Below, in pieces: positions 25,421 to 39,005 of a DNA stretch of 64,000 bases. Numbering within the stretch: position 1 is the stretch's first letter; each line of letters opens with the position of its first letter. A program made the position numbers and the translations under genes. The notes under the pieces were generated by a model, which was not told the origin of the DNA, did not search any database, and worked only from the letters and a program-made list of their open reading frames with translations. Source of the DNA: Camelus dromedarius (lineage: Eukaryota); assembly GCF_036321535.1 (NCBI RefSeq), contig NC_087437.1, positions 115,756,001 to 115,820,000 on the forward strand, in the 5' to 3' direction.

Positions 25421-28400
25421 CAAGTTCAAAGACTGTCAACCATAAGACTTTGAATAAAATGTCTGTCTGCCCTGGAGTAACTGTGGGGTAAGTTTGCAAC
25501 CTCAGCCATGGTCTACAGGGCAGCTACATGCGTTTGCCTTTGTAACAGACATTGGTAGGATATAAGGTCTCTGCTCTGGGAATCTTAGGAAACCTCAAGA
25601 TTTTTGACTTTGCCAATGGCCTGTGAATATTTTCTGGAATTCTGGGGACCTGGTTACCGAGAATGCATAGATCAGAGTAATGCATTCATGGTGAAGCTTC
25701 AAGTTACTTGTCAGTTTCAAGCCAAGCATCCTTAAGCCGCATCTTTGAGGAGGAAGGGTGGAGACAGAGGCTGAGAGTGTAGGTTTACCAGCCCCTTAAG
25801 CTGCTGCAGGGGCAGCTGGACAGGTGAGATAGGGGTGGGCAGTGTCTCAGATCTGACCCTGCATTTCTCACTATTTGCCTTAAATGTGAGTGAAAAGTTG
25901 GGCCACCAAGCTGGGGGCTGACTGCTTGCTTTGCTGACCTTCGTGGAGCCTCACAGCTCTTGCTGGAAGCTGGAAGGAGTTCGTGTCCCCTGGGTGGGAG
26001 CACCAGCTGAGGCTGACTTCTGAAGAGTTCCTCCCGGATGTCCTGTTCTGCCCCCAGTTCAAGATTTTGCCTCTGGCTGGAATGGCCTCCGGGCAGAGCT
26101 TCAGCCCACTGTGCTTGCTCAGTTTTTGGCATGAGTCGAGATCAGGAATGTCGTGGGGTGTAGTGAGACATGGTCGGAGGCCACCTGGCAGGGGCAGGAT
26201 CTGAATAGTTACCAGCACACCTGTATTTACCTGGAAAGCACAGCCCCGTTAGAACTCCATGGACCCTGAAGGACCCATTAAGTTAAACAGTGGTGCAGAT
26301 ATGAATTTATTCACTCATTCAACGCACTTTGGCTATGATCTATCACTGTGGGTCAAATATGTCTTCTGCGATGTTTTTCTATGTGACTAAAAGAAGACAT
26401 CTGTACCCTCAGCTGATTGCTTATTACAAGCAATTTTTGACATGGTTAGATTCTAACACACTTTGATAGTTACTTGGGGTTTGTGGCATTGACATTTGAT
26501 ACATGTGGCCACTTCCAGAGATTAAAGAACACTGAGAGGCACCCACGTTCCCATTTAAATTTTGTATTTCAACTTCCTCTCCCTTTGAGAAATAAATGTA
26601 GTGTTTTTTTAATTTCCCCTTTCAGAATAATTCCCAAGGAGCTGCATGCGGGGTTCAAACTGTGTTTAAAGCTCATTGATTTAAAGTAGACAGGAGCAAG
26701 CATAACCTCTTCAATCTCAATTCCTGGTTATGAGAATAATGCTGATATCTCTGCCTCCCATTTCAGTAGAAAAACCAGGAAAATGATGGGCATGTGGGGC
26801 CAGTCTGCACCACGTTCTCCCGGTTCTGACAGGACTCTGGGGCAAGGCGTCAAGCCTCTCTCTCTCTCTGAAATAGAGTTTAGACCCTGGCTTCGGAAGG
26901 AATCAGAAAGCTGAGAGAGCTCTTACAAGTCACCTTCAAAGAGGAAGAGTCCTGACAATCTGACATTCTCGAAGAGACAGCTCTCCCACTGAGAGCCACA
27001 ATCACCTGGTGACACGCGGAGGAAACATCTATTTAGCCCAAATTTCTAAAGTCACTTCCCTCAAATAAATCGTTATTTAGTTCAAGTTAGAATAAAAGGG
27101 CTGGATTAGATATGTTAAGTTTTGCTCTTAATATAGATGCCAAGAAGGGGTAGCTTTTTATACCAGTCTTTATTTGTGTTGTCAGTAACCACAGGAAACT
27201 GATTCTGTGAGCGACCCTGTCTCATCCATGACCAGCTACAGGCTGTTTACATTCCATTTTGTTTTCTGGCTTTAATTAAAAGGGTTGCTGGGTAGGGAGA
27301 AACATTCCCGGGACGCTCTCTAACCAGACAGCAGGAAATTAATCCAATCTGGAAATCGATCAGACCAACTATTTACATGTGATCATTTTTCCTTCTAATA
27401 CTGATGGTGCCAAGTGCTATGTCGCAGGTGTCTTCTCGTTTCTCGAGGCCAGGGTTGATGTTTTAGACAGCACTCAAGCAACAACTAGTTCAGTGACACC
27501 TGAGCAGGGATGTATATACTGTGGTCTCTTGATTAGCATCACAGGTTGGGGGACAGTGTCTCCAATGCCTCTTTCACAAGGAGGGGAGCGTGCCCCAGGA
27601 GTGTGACTGAGTTGGAGGATGAAGGAGCTGGTAGGACGGGGTTGTGATGGATGAGTGCTCAAGATGGAATCCTGGGTGATGGCTTGGAAACGACAGCCCT
27701 GGTCCAAATGGCCAAACCCCGGGGCAAGAAGTAGGTGTGGGGGGTGAGGTGGCTGCATGGCTCTGGGGCAGGACAGGAGATGCCAGGGCTGCTGAATGCA
27801 AGGGCAGAAGCTGTGTTTGGGTCTTCAGGCCTCTCTGCTGGGCAGGCATGCTGGCCCTGAGAACTGAGCCCCTCAGACTATTGTTGGCAGGAGGGATCGT
27901 GGGAGGGTGGGTGACACAGCCTGGCTGATAATTCAAAATGAATCAATAAGCAATTTGGAAAGAAAAACAGATGCCCCACTGCATGAGCTGAAACAGCGCT
28001 CCCAGAGCCACAGATGAATGCTGCTCTGTGCTGTGCTGGCCGCTTGGCCAACAGAACCCTTCCTGCCTGAGGGGCTTGGAAGGGAAATGCAGAGAAGGTT
28101 CCGGAAGCTAGAGGGCAGATGCAACATTCCCAGACTCCAACCTCAGGTAGCCGTGTGCCCTCAGGCTTTTCCTTTCTGCCAAGGGGTGGCCAGAGACCCA
28201 CGGCTGCCCTGCTGAGTGTTTACACTGGGGGTTCTCGCCAGGACGGGGCAGCATCCTGGCTCAAACCCATGACCTTCCCACCCGATGGCACCTTCAGCAA
28301 CAATGAGCTCCATAGGGAGAGGAGTGACGGGGTGGCTCCAGGCAGGGGTGATGGGACACTTTAGGGTTTTTCCAGACTGCCTGATTATAGAAGAATGAGC

Positions 28401-28602
28401 CACATTTTAGTGGATTTTGCTTTTTGTAACTTTAGATAAAGCCCAGTTAGCCAAGTTGCATGCTTGGCGGTGTCTGTGCTCTGGGTGTCAGTGGAGTGAA
28501 GGCTGCAGACTCTCAGTGAGGATGCCAACACTGTATCCCTTTATTATTTCTCTGACGTGGTCCATGGGGATGCCAGCAGTGTACACAGTGTTACTGACTC
28601 GA

Positions 28603-28975
28603 TTGTGTTCCTGCCTGCCCCCCACCCCAAATACATGTTGAAGCCCCAAGCCCCAGTGTGGCTGTGCTGGGAGGCAGGGCCTGCTGGGAGGAAACCAAGG
28701 TTAAATGTGTTCATAAGGATACAGCCTTTATCCCATAGGACTGATGTCTTTTTAAGAAGAGGGAGAGAGTTTCCTCTCTTAGCACAAAGGAGAAAGGCCC
28801 CATGAAGACACAAGGAGAAGGCGCCTGCAAATCAGGAAGAGAGCCCTCACCAGAAATCGAACCTGCCACCACCTCCATCTGGGACTTCCAGCCTCCAGCA
28901 CCGCGGGGAAGTCAGTGCTGTTCAAGCTGCCAAGCCTGCGGTGTGTTTAACGGCAGCTCTGCCCGACTTGTACAT
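28603..28975 (+). mobile_element. MaLR LTR (MLT1A-like)
   Basis: CCCCAAATACATGTTGAAGCCC...GGACTGATGTCTTTTTAAGAAGAGG...GGAAGAGAGCCCTCACCAGAAATCGAACCTGCC...GGACTTCCAGCCTCCAG. Confidence 0.8.
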
Positions 28976-29629
28976 AGAGCCTATTAGCAGCAACCCTCAT
29001 GATGGAGGGAAGAGAGCGTCACCTTGGACGGGGTCCTAAAAAGCACCAGGCACGAGGCATCGTCAAAACGCACACCACACGGTGCGCAGCCCTGCTCCCG
29101 GCACCGCACGTTCCGTTCTAGGCATTATTGCAACCACGAGGGGGACCTGGCTAGTTACAGAATTACAGCATCTGCCACATAAAAGGAAATCAACTGCTAA
29201 GCAAAAGGCCAACTATTCTTAGTGCTGTAACAGGAGGAAACTTCTGAGAGTTTGCAAAACTGTAGCCAGCACCACCTCCTAGGAGACACGAGGTCCATTT
29301 CACAGGACCGGTGTTGCTCCCTGCGGCTCAGTGACAGCCCTCTGCAGTGGGCTTCTAAGCACAGGCTCGCTCTCTGCTTTTCTGATAGGTGCAAAAGCTG
29401 GGTTACAGGCCTGCTGGAAGAAGCTGGGGTCTGCCTGACAGCAGAGCAACTTTCTGACACCTACTGGAGGAGATGAACTGGGGATTTCTCCCTGACAAGT
29501 TTCTGGTTTAGTTCAGAAATATACATTTAGCAGGAGTGGAGCTGGGCCAGAACTGATCTTCTCTTTTGTAACTGGAGGAGCCTAATGTGCATATCTGCTC
29601 AGCACACCTAGTGCTCAGATACTGACTTC

Positions 29630-31195
29630 TAAAGACCATTCTCTACTAAAAAGAGTAAAAAAAAAATATTTGGACAAATATATGACTCCATAGGAGGGAC
29701 TGGAAAATTATAATGGTAGCCTGGAACATCTGTTTGTGCCATAAAGGAAGAAAGAGGACAAAAATGATGGGGGAGTGTTCGAAGGACAAGAAGCCTGTCT
29801 GAAGGGGGTCCCATTGGCCAAATCTCAAATAATTGGAGCATCCCAAATAAATAATGGTAGTAGCAGGTTGTTATCCATTGGATAAAATAAGACTCAGTGA
29901 GTCCATGCTGATATAAAGAGATAGATATATAAGTAAGGCAAGGAGAAAAGCTCTTCCTTAGAGTTGAAAGCCAACATCTAAACGTAGCAAGGACCATGGA
30001 GCTAGAAAACCACCATTTGGTCAGCATCCTAGTGATAGTTGATTCAGGTAAGAATCATTAATGGGCACTAAGATGAAAGTCCAAAGAGGAACAGGATATT
30101 TACATGGTCTCCAAGTATCTGTCTACAGGATACTTTGCATAAAGTGAAAAATAATACCTTTACAGTGGAGAAAGATGGTTGGCACCCCGTTAACCAGCGA
30201 TTGAAGGCAACATCACCCAGGTTGGGATAAACCAATATTGTGTGTCTACTGATAGGATGGGTTGAGAAGAGCACAGCTGTGACCTTGTCAAACTGCAAAA
30301 CCCAAATCTAATCATGAGGAAGCACCAGAAAAGTCAATATTGAGGGACATTCTACAAAGTAAGTGGCCTATACTCTTCAAAAAGGTCTTACCCTACTCCT
30401 GTGCATATGTGAAAACTCTAATCTGAAAAGATACACGCACCCCACCACTCTGCCATAAAAAAGAATGAAATAATGCCATTTGCAGCAACATGGATGGACC
30501 TGGCAATTGTCATATTAAGTGAAGTAAGTCAGACAGAGAAAGACAAATATCATGATATCACTCACATGTGGAATCCAAAAAAAGGACACAAATGAACTTA
30601 TTTACAAAACAGAAACAGACTCACAGACATAGAAAACAAAACTGTGGTTACCAAGGGGAAAAAGAGGGGGGTGGTGGGGGGATAAATTGGGAATTTGAGA
30701 TTTGCAGATACTAACTACTATATATGAAATAGATAAACAACAAGGTTTTACTGAATAGCACAGGGAACTATATTTAACACCTTTTAATAGCCTGTAGTGA
30801 AAAAGAATATGAAAAGGAACACATATGTGTGTGTAACTGAATCACTATGCTGTGCACGAGAAATTAGCACAGCACTGTGAACCCACTATACTTCCATAAA
30901 ACAGTCAATGCGTTGAAAGTTAAACACAGACAGAGGTGCTCCGTTGGTCACAGGAGATTAACAGACGCGGCAACAAAGCATAACCTGGTGCTTTTCTCTG
31001 ACAATAAGGGAAATTATTTGGAAAACCAGCAAAAATCTGAATCAAGTTTTTGGATAATAGTCTTGTATCAATATGTTTTCTGATTTTGCTGATCCTGCTG
31101 TGGCTGTGGAAGACTGCCTTCACGTTCATGGAGTGTACACTGAAGAGTTTAGGGGTAAAGTGGCATTAAGTCTACAGTTTGCCTTCGAATGGTTT
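29630..31195 (+). mobile_element. Old L1MC/MD-type 3' region, interrupted by a younger L1 at ~30388-30900
   Basis: ATCTAATCATGAGGAAGCACCAGA...TTGAGGGACATTCTACAAAGTAAGTGGCCTATACTCTTCAAAAAGGTC, resuming after 30900 with AAAACAGTCAATG..TTGAAAG. Confidence 0.7.
30388..30900 (+). mobile_element. Younger cetartiodactyl L1 3' fragment nested in the old L1
   Basis: GCCATAAAAAAGAATGAAATAATGCCATTTGCAGCAACATGGATGGACC...GACTCACAGACATAGAAAAC...CTATACTTCCATAAAA. Confidence 0.85.
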
Positions 31196-32861
31196 TAAAA
31201 AACCCTCAAATGCACGTACATGCTTACACACACGTATCTGTGTTGACACCTGTAGGTAGACCTGGAGAGGATGATGCAGCAAATGTGAAATATGGAGTAC
31301 TGTTCCTGCTGCCCCTGACTCGTGACCCAGCCCGGCTAACAGAATCACTGTGAGAGATCCGAAGTGGGTTAGCGATGCTGAGTGTCTGTAACTGAGCTCA
31401 TAACCAGCTTTGGTTCCGACACCCGTCACACTGTTGACAAAGAACTCCCTGCATGTCTGGGATCCCTAGGGGCAGCTCAGGAGGACCCCTGATGGGTCCT
31501 TGAGCCATCACCAACATGCGCTGTCATCTCCTGTGCCCAGGAGACCAGAGAGAGAAAAGACCAGAAGGGTCAGGTCTCACCAGTATGTGGCTTACAGACC
31601 ACTTGGGAGATTACAGTGACACTTGGTAAAGTAGGGGGCAGTACAGGACCTGATTAGAGGTGAGAACAAGGGGCTGGCTGAATCATGGAGGGCCTCATGG
31701 AGGAGGTGGCACTTGCCAGACCTTACACAGGGTGGAGAATCTGGACTGGGGCCTGGGGAAGGAGCCGCAGAAAGCAGTGTGGGAATGCAGGGAACAATGG
31801 CGAATTGTGAGCGTACCCAAAACCTTCCGATGTGTGGTTCCCGGTGAAAATCCACCCTGGGGAAAACGATTTTTATCGAGGAAAGTTCCAAGGTGCTACT
31901 GTCATTCAAGAGTTTGTTATGATTATTCTGATTCAAGATCCTGTGATTAGATAGAAATATAGTCAAAGCATGAGCGTGGGTCTTCTTGAGAATTTCCTGC
32001 CCACCATATGGGGTTGGGTCAGTGCCTGGACACTTTGAACAATGTGACATGGAGGCTGTGTTGACAGCAAGTTGTATGATTGGAGGCATTTCTGACGAAT
32101 ATGTTAAGGACACCTTTCTGTGGACTGAGTCCCAGGATGGTCTCAGAGGGCAGGGGTGGGCTGGGTGGATGTGTAATCGATAGCTAATGTTGAGTGCCTT
32201 CCTGACGGCTCATCCCTGTGGTTCCACTCAGCCTCCTAAGAAAATGGGGGTGGGGGCCAGGGGGCAGAAGGGAATTTGGACCAAGAAAAGCTCTTTATGG
32301 ATGGAATGGAATTTAGGCCCCTCCACCTCCAAATGAATCGTCCTGAAGAATAAATGCTGCCGTAAGAGGAGTCATACACCTTTAAGTAGGGGGAGTAAAT
32401 TTCACCCCAGGAAAAACAGAGCAAGCACAAAAGGGAGCGTCAGTGCCACCCTCCGTGAAACAAAGACACTCACATTCTTTCTTTTTTCCCCTTTAAACGT
32501 GGTGTTAATAATAGCACTGTTTACTGACGCATCTCTTCTTTTGAACAGGAGTTCAATTTTAGCTCGCTCGCAAAGGTCAGGAACCCTTTGCTCCCTGTTA
32601 TCTTCTCACTCTGGGGGAATGCAAATTGAAAAAGCACAGCAAGTGATTTCATCTTGCTGGATTGCGGCTGCTCCCCCTCCTCCCGGGGGCTGCCTGGCTT
32701 GCTGCTGTCACGCGGAGCTCGGCGAGGTGGGGTGCTGGCTGGGAGTACGAGTGACAGCTCCTGTGCCCACTGGCCCACCTCCCCAGTAAAAATTTTCTTT
32801 GTCTACCTGATTGCATTTTTGTCTTGTACTATAATTTGGTTTTATGTCCAGTCCCACTGCC

Positions 32862-33118
32862 TAGAACAGGGGAGCACTAAAAGTAGTTTTGACATTTTTA
32901 AATGGTTGGGAAAAGCCCTCAAGGAGAATAATGTCTTATGATGTGAAAATTATGCATCCATAAATAAAATTTTATTGGGGCACAGCCACGCTCGTTGTTA
33001 AACTTACTGCCCATGGCGACTTTCAGGCAGCGGAGTTGAGTAGTTATGACAGGGACATCACCAGTCTAAACTATTTACTACCTGGCCCTTTACAGAAAAC
33101 ATTTTGCCAACCTCCTGC
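32862..33118. mobile_element. hAT MITE (MER58-like)
   Basis: TAAATAAAATTTTATTGGGGCACAGCCACGCTC...TATTTACTACCTGGCCCTTTACAGAAAACATTTTGCCAACCTCCTG. Confidence 0.7.
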
Positions 33119-33954
33119 TCTCAACTGTGAGTTCCCTATGGGCGGGACTGTGTTTGGCTAACTCTGCACAATGCCAGACACTGGAAGTTTCTGGAAAATC
33201 CCTGCCTGCAGAGTGAGTACATCTCAGCCTAAGACACCTTGCCTGTTGAGTTTCTACCTTCAGAAAGCCGTCCTAGGAGGCTTCGGAGGTGGGGTGGTGT
33301 GTCCTGATTCGGCATCCACCCGCATCTTTCATTTCTGTAGTGGGTGAGGGTTAGATTGTGAGAGACCCCTATTTATTTATGGATCAGAAGCTTAGGTGAA
33401 GGGATCTCCCTTGCCCACCATTTGCTCATCTGAGTGATTTGCTTGGCCCCTTGGCAGAGGGGAGGAGATTCGAGAGCAGAACCAGACAGCATCAGGGGAC
33501 ATCTCCGTGCATAAGATGAGTTGGAATGAAAGGCCTAAGGGACACTTGCTCTGGGAGTCTGTCTCCTGTCCCCAGCGAGTCTCCAGTGGACTAGACTCGC
33601 TTTAAAAAGGGACACAGTCATACATATACTTGTCAGAGTTCCCTGTGTGATTTGAGATCAAATTCTGGGCCAAGTTTGCTTTTCAGATCTCTGCTATAAA
33701 CGATCTTATTTATATTGGATGGAATTTGTAAGATGCACGGTGAATATTGGATGGAGAAAGGATCTTGTAGAACAAACGGGCTCTTTTAATAAAGCATGTC
33801 TTTAATTTTTAAATTAGAGGATAAACAGCCTCATAGGGGAGGCAGGTGTGGCCCTTGGCTCTCAGTAGAGTTGGGGTAACATGGTACCAGATGAAAGGAA
33901 ATGCTTCAGGGCGCCTGAGACACATTTAGACCTTGCTTTAAAAAAAGCCATTGA

Positions 33955-36900
33955 TGTTATTCATCCCTTTCACTGAGCACCCATGCTGTGTGAGATTGGG
34001 CGAATTGTTGGGAATAGAAAAAAAGAAAGGGCATGACCTTTATGTGCAAAAACATAAAGTCTGCTGGGGACACCCAGCCCTGTGATCAGTCACTCAGGGT
34101 GCAGTAAGACATCGTGGAGATTTGTAGAAATGCAGGGAAGCAGAGCGGGAGGACACCTGAGTTTGCCAAGCAGTCAGAAGGGTTTCCCAGGGGGCAGTGA
34201 CTGCAGGGAGGTTTGGTGGGGAGTAGACATTACTGGGAAGGTAAATGGAAGAGAATATTCTAGGTGGACCACGTGTGCAGACCAGAGGCAAAATAACCCA
34301 TGGTGTATTCGGGAATTCCAGCAGCACATGCATGCAGAGGAGCAAATGACAGGGCTCCTGGGTAAGTGGCATGGCTGTGACATGCAGAAGAGATTGGCCT
34401 TTAGCTACTTGGCGGCCACTGGGAGTTTTGAGCGGGGGAAGTGAGGGTATGGGATTTTGTAGATTATAAAGCGTATTTTGATAACTGCAAGGAGGGGAAT
34501 TGCAGAAGTGAGAATCTACAGTTAGGGAAGTCGAAGTTGGGATGGAAGCAGTGTAATGTCCAGGATTGCGGAAGACGGGCAGGATGCGGGAGGGGAGGAG
34601 TTGTGGTGTGAGCAAGTGCAGTGGCCAAGATGCTGGAGAGGAGAGGGCGTTTGGATACTGGACACAGGTACAAGATGATATGGGCAAGCTTAGCAAGGGC
34701 CACCACATACAGTTGTGCAGGTTGTACACTGCACAACTCACTACATCTAAGGGGTACAGATACATTTATATATTTGTGACATGAATGACCCAGTAGATGG
34801 CAATAGAGTTGAGAAAAGATGGCTTTTCTTCATTTGCACAAAGAAGCCCTATGGGTTAGGCAGTCCTGGGCTTAGGAAAATAGTTGGGAGTGAGAAGGCT
34901 GCAGAGTCCAAAGGAGGAGAGAACATAAGATGATAACCAAGTTTCTGACCCAAGTAACCTGGAGACTAGAGGCTCCATTAGTCAAGGGATGGAATGCAGG
35001 AGAAGGAGCAGATCTGAGTTTAGGACAAGTTAGACTTAAGGGACCTGAGAGCCACTTAGATGGGAGACATCCAGGACCAGTTAGTTCTCTGGATCTGGAA
35101 CTCAGGATACAGAGGTGGGGCTGCATTTGTGGGAACCACCTGCACACCTATAGGAGTTGATGCCAAGAGGCAGGGATGGGTGGCTTTGGGAGGATGTGCA
35201 GAAGGAGGTGATCAGTCTCCAGGATGGAGCCCAGGGGAGCCACCAAGATCTTCAATGGCAGGTACTGGAAGGGAGCCTTGAAGCAGCCTGAGAAGGGGTG
35301 GTTGGAACTGGTTCTTGGAGTGTTTCCCAGATTCAGGTGGGAGAGGCTTCAAGCTGACCAAGGTTAGGTTGATTTTAGTGGGGGAAGGGGGCAGGGGGCA
35401 GGGGGCAATTTTAAATGACTCTGGACTTTTTCGGTGTTTAAGGGACCAACCTGGTTTGTGACCATATAGGATATTTCACTCATTCAGTCTTCCATTTATT
35501 TATTCTACACCTACATGTTTATCCAGTGCCTACTGTGGTCCAGGAACTGCTCCTGGTCCTGGGGGTAGAGCAGAGAGTAGGACAAGGCCCTGCTCTCAAG
35601 GAGTTCACATTCTAATTGCTAACAAACAAGCCCACGGGACAATGTCAGCTGGTGACAAGTTCCATACAGAGTGACAGGTGCACAGGGATGGGAGCTGGTT
35701 TCAACTGGGTGGGCAGAGAAGACCTTCTGGTAAGAGCTGAGTGCTCTGAATGGAAAACCCACTTGGCCACATCATGGTGAGTCAGGTGCGAAAGTGGTTG
35801 GAAGGGGAAGCAGGCAAGCAGGCTGGAGCCAGGCTAGGAGGGCCTTGTAGGCCGTGCAGGGAACCTGGATTTTCCAAGCGCAGCCAGAATCCATTGGAGG
35901 GTTTTCAGAATGGGAATGACTTGCTCTGGTTTACATTTTATTAACATCACTCTGGCTGCTGTGTGCAAAGTGGACTTTTGTACGGTGGTCAGAGTTAAGC
36001 AGTGAGATCCAGTTGAACACCATTTCCTCCACGTTATGACAACTCAGTCTAGGGTTGTAACCACAAAGCTGGGCAGATTTGGGAAGCCACATCTATGGGA
36101 CTTCTGGATGATAAGGGCCAGAGATGAATCAAGGATGCTGCTGCAGTTTCTGGTGCAAGTCAAGGCGTGGCTGATGATGTGTTTATGAACAGGGGGAGGA
36201 TGGAGAGGGGAGCAGACTCTAGGGGATTCTAGGCACTCTAGTTTCTGCTTTGGTCACATTTGTTGTACAAGCTTGTTAGGCACCTAAATAGAGATGCCAG
36301 GTAGGCAGCTGGATCTTTGAGTTCAGAGCTCTGGGGAAAGGTTAGGACCAGAGATAGAAATTTGATGTCAAAAGCAAAAAAGATGGTAATTAAAGCCAGG
36401 GGCCTGGCTGAAGTCACTGAGAGGGCTGATGGAGAATAGGACTCTGGATGGAGTGGGCTCTGAGGTTTTGGGAAAAGGAGAAGTCGCTTGAAGATGAGGA
36501 TGGAAAGGAGCTTTCATTGAAGAAGGAGGGAAAGCAGAAGTCGTGATGAACATCAGGGAAGAAAGGCTAGGGAAGAAGGCAGTGGTCAACAGGGTTGACG
36601 TGAAGAGGCCCAGGAAGATAGGAATAGAGGGGTGGCCTTTGGACCTGGCAGGATGGACATTGTTGGTGAGTTTCAGTGTGCTAGCAATGGAAGCTCATTT
36701 GGAGCCAGAAGTAAAAAATTGTCGATGGAGATGCAGACAATTCTTTCTAGAAGAAATATGGGAAAGAGAATCAAGAAATGGGATCATACTGGAAAGGAAC
36801 ACGGTACCAGGAGAAGTGTAGTTTTGTTTTTGTTTGTTCTTAAAAATGGTAGATATTAGGAAATGTTTTTATGATGATGGAAATAAACTATTTAGAAAAA

Positions 36901-37135
36901 ACTTGATGATGGGGGAGAGGGTGGTACAGTATTAACATCTCTAAGCGTGAGGAAGGCATAGAATCCGAGGTTGGTCCTGGACTGAACAGAACCTCAGTTA
37001 CAGGAGGGAAGACAGACAGTGGTAGAAGGCCCGGGTGGGGTGGTGGATAGAGCCCTGCAGGGATGCCAGCCTTCCAGTCTGATGGCTTCTATTTTCTCAG
37101 CGAAGTGTGAAGCCAGGTTGTTATCCAAGTGGGAG
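33955..37135 (-). mobile_element. Cluster of degraded L2 LINE fragments
   Basis: Purine-rich, with L2 hallmarks (TTATCCAGTGCCTACTGTGG.CCAGGAACTG; CCTGCTCTCAAGGAGTTCACATTCTA; TCACTCTGGCTGCTGTGTG; GATGGCTTCTATTTTCTCAG.GAAG). Confidence 0.65.
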
Positions 37136-38261
37136 TAGTACTGGAGGACTGAAGAAAGAGGAGGAAGTGGAAATCGTGATTTTGGTGGATGGGAAAATAA
37201 ACAGACTAAGCATTTAAATTGAAATGCGTTCTCCTTGGGTCCATCCCAGGATTTTGTTTCATCAGAAGAAGAGACCCTAGGGTGGGACACACGAGAAGCT
37301 CTGAAGACAACAGCAGATTTTTGTCTAGCATCTTCTCTGCCTCCTGTCCCCTGGGCTACCGCCTTCCCAGGTTAAAGATGCTCATTGTTCATGAGATGCT
37401 CCCTCCCATGTGGGTGAGCATGCATCAGAGTGAACTCAGGGAAAGAAGTGCCACTGTGTCATTTTACCCTTCAACGTGGCAATAGAGGACACCTTGCTTT
37501 GCTGCCATGGGAACTCCAAGTGCCCACAGCTCGTCCCTTCAATGTCAGGAATGGACATTTCCAGCGTAGATGAGGCTTTTGCTAAGTCGTCCACCAAGCA
37601 CAAGGTGTGACTCTGTGCCAGGTCCTCACAGCAGCAGAGGCTGTGAAGCTCTATTTAGAAACATCCCTGTCCTTCCTTGTTCTTGGCCTGATTTGTTGAT
37701 GGCCAATAAACCTACCCCCTTACATGTAGTCATGACCTATCTATTGTTGGCTTAATGAACGTGACCTCTTTCTTCTCTTAGGCTTGGGGGTTGACACAGG
37801 GTCTGCAGGCTGGGCTGAACATGCTGAGATCCGTCTGGGTGAACACAAAGGGATCATGCTGGAAAGACCCACAGAGGTGTTGAGAAATCCCTTTGCCCCA
37901 TGTTGGGCCTTGTGGATTCTTACGAGCTTCTGCAAGAATCATAGATGAATGTTATTTTTGTTCCTCATAGGTTTTACTCCTTTTCCAACTTTGTTTGGGG
38001 AGACAGACAATGTATATATAACCAAGTATCTAAAGCAAATTCTTTATTACTAGTACTTTATTACTACTTTAGATCTTTGAGCTTTATTAAACATACTTAA
38101 TTTTGGGCCAATGTGAACATTGCACTAGTCCATTTTAGACTCAACCTTCAGTCTTGCCTCCTCAGTGCTCCCTCCTGTGTATTCTTATCTAATATCATTA
38201 CCCACCAGCCCCTCCTTTATCCATCAGCTTTCACAGATTTCTATTAATATTCACCCTATAT

Positions 38262-39005
38262 GGAAGTGCAAATCAAAACCACAATGTGATATCACACCAT
38301 AGCTGTCAGAATGGCTATTTTCAAAAAGGCCACAAATTACAAATATTGGCTAGGATGTAGAGAAAAGGGAACCCTTGTACACTGTTGATGGGAGTGTAAA
38401 TTGGTGCAGCCACTGTGGAAAACTGTGGTGGTTTCTCAAAAATCTAAAGATAGAAATACAAAATGACCCAGCAATTCTACTCCTGGGTATATGCCTGAAA
38501 AAATATGAAAACACTAATTTGAAAAGATACATGCACCCCAATGTTCACAGCAGCATTATTTACAATTATCAAAATATGGAAGCAACCTAAGTGTCCATCA
38601 ACCAATGAATGGATAAAGAAGATGTGGTATATACACACAGTGGAATACTACGTGGCCATAAAAAATAACGAAAATTTGCCATTTGCAACAAAATGGGTGG
38701 ACTTGGAGGATATTATATTAAATGAAATAAATCAGACAGAGAAAGACAAATACTGTATGATATCACTTACATGTGGAATCTAAAAAATACAACAAACATA
38801 AATAAAACAAAAAAGAAGCAGACACATAGATACAGAGAACAAACGAGTGATTACCAGTGGGGAGAGGGGAGGGGAAATATGAGGGTAGGGGGAATGAAAA
38901 GGGTTATTATAGGATAATATGAAGTCATGTGTGTGAAACTTGAAAACTGTAAAGCACTATAGAATTTAAAGAATCGCTCATTCCATAACAAATTAATTTA
39001 AAAAA
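38262..39005 (+). mobile_element. 5'-truncated L1 (end of ORF2 plus 3'UTR)
   Basis: ORF 38541..38783 MFTAALFTIIKIWKQPKCPS..WIKKMWYI...KDKYCMISLTCGI is the L1 ORF2 C-terminus. Possible degraded TSD ACCCTAT on both sides. Confidence 0.9.
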
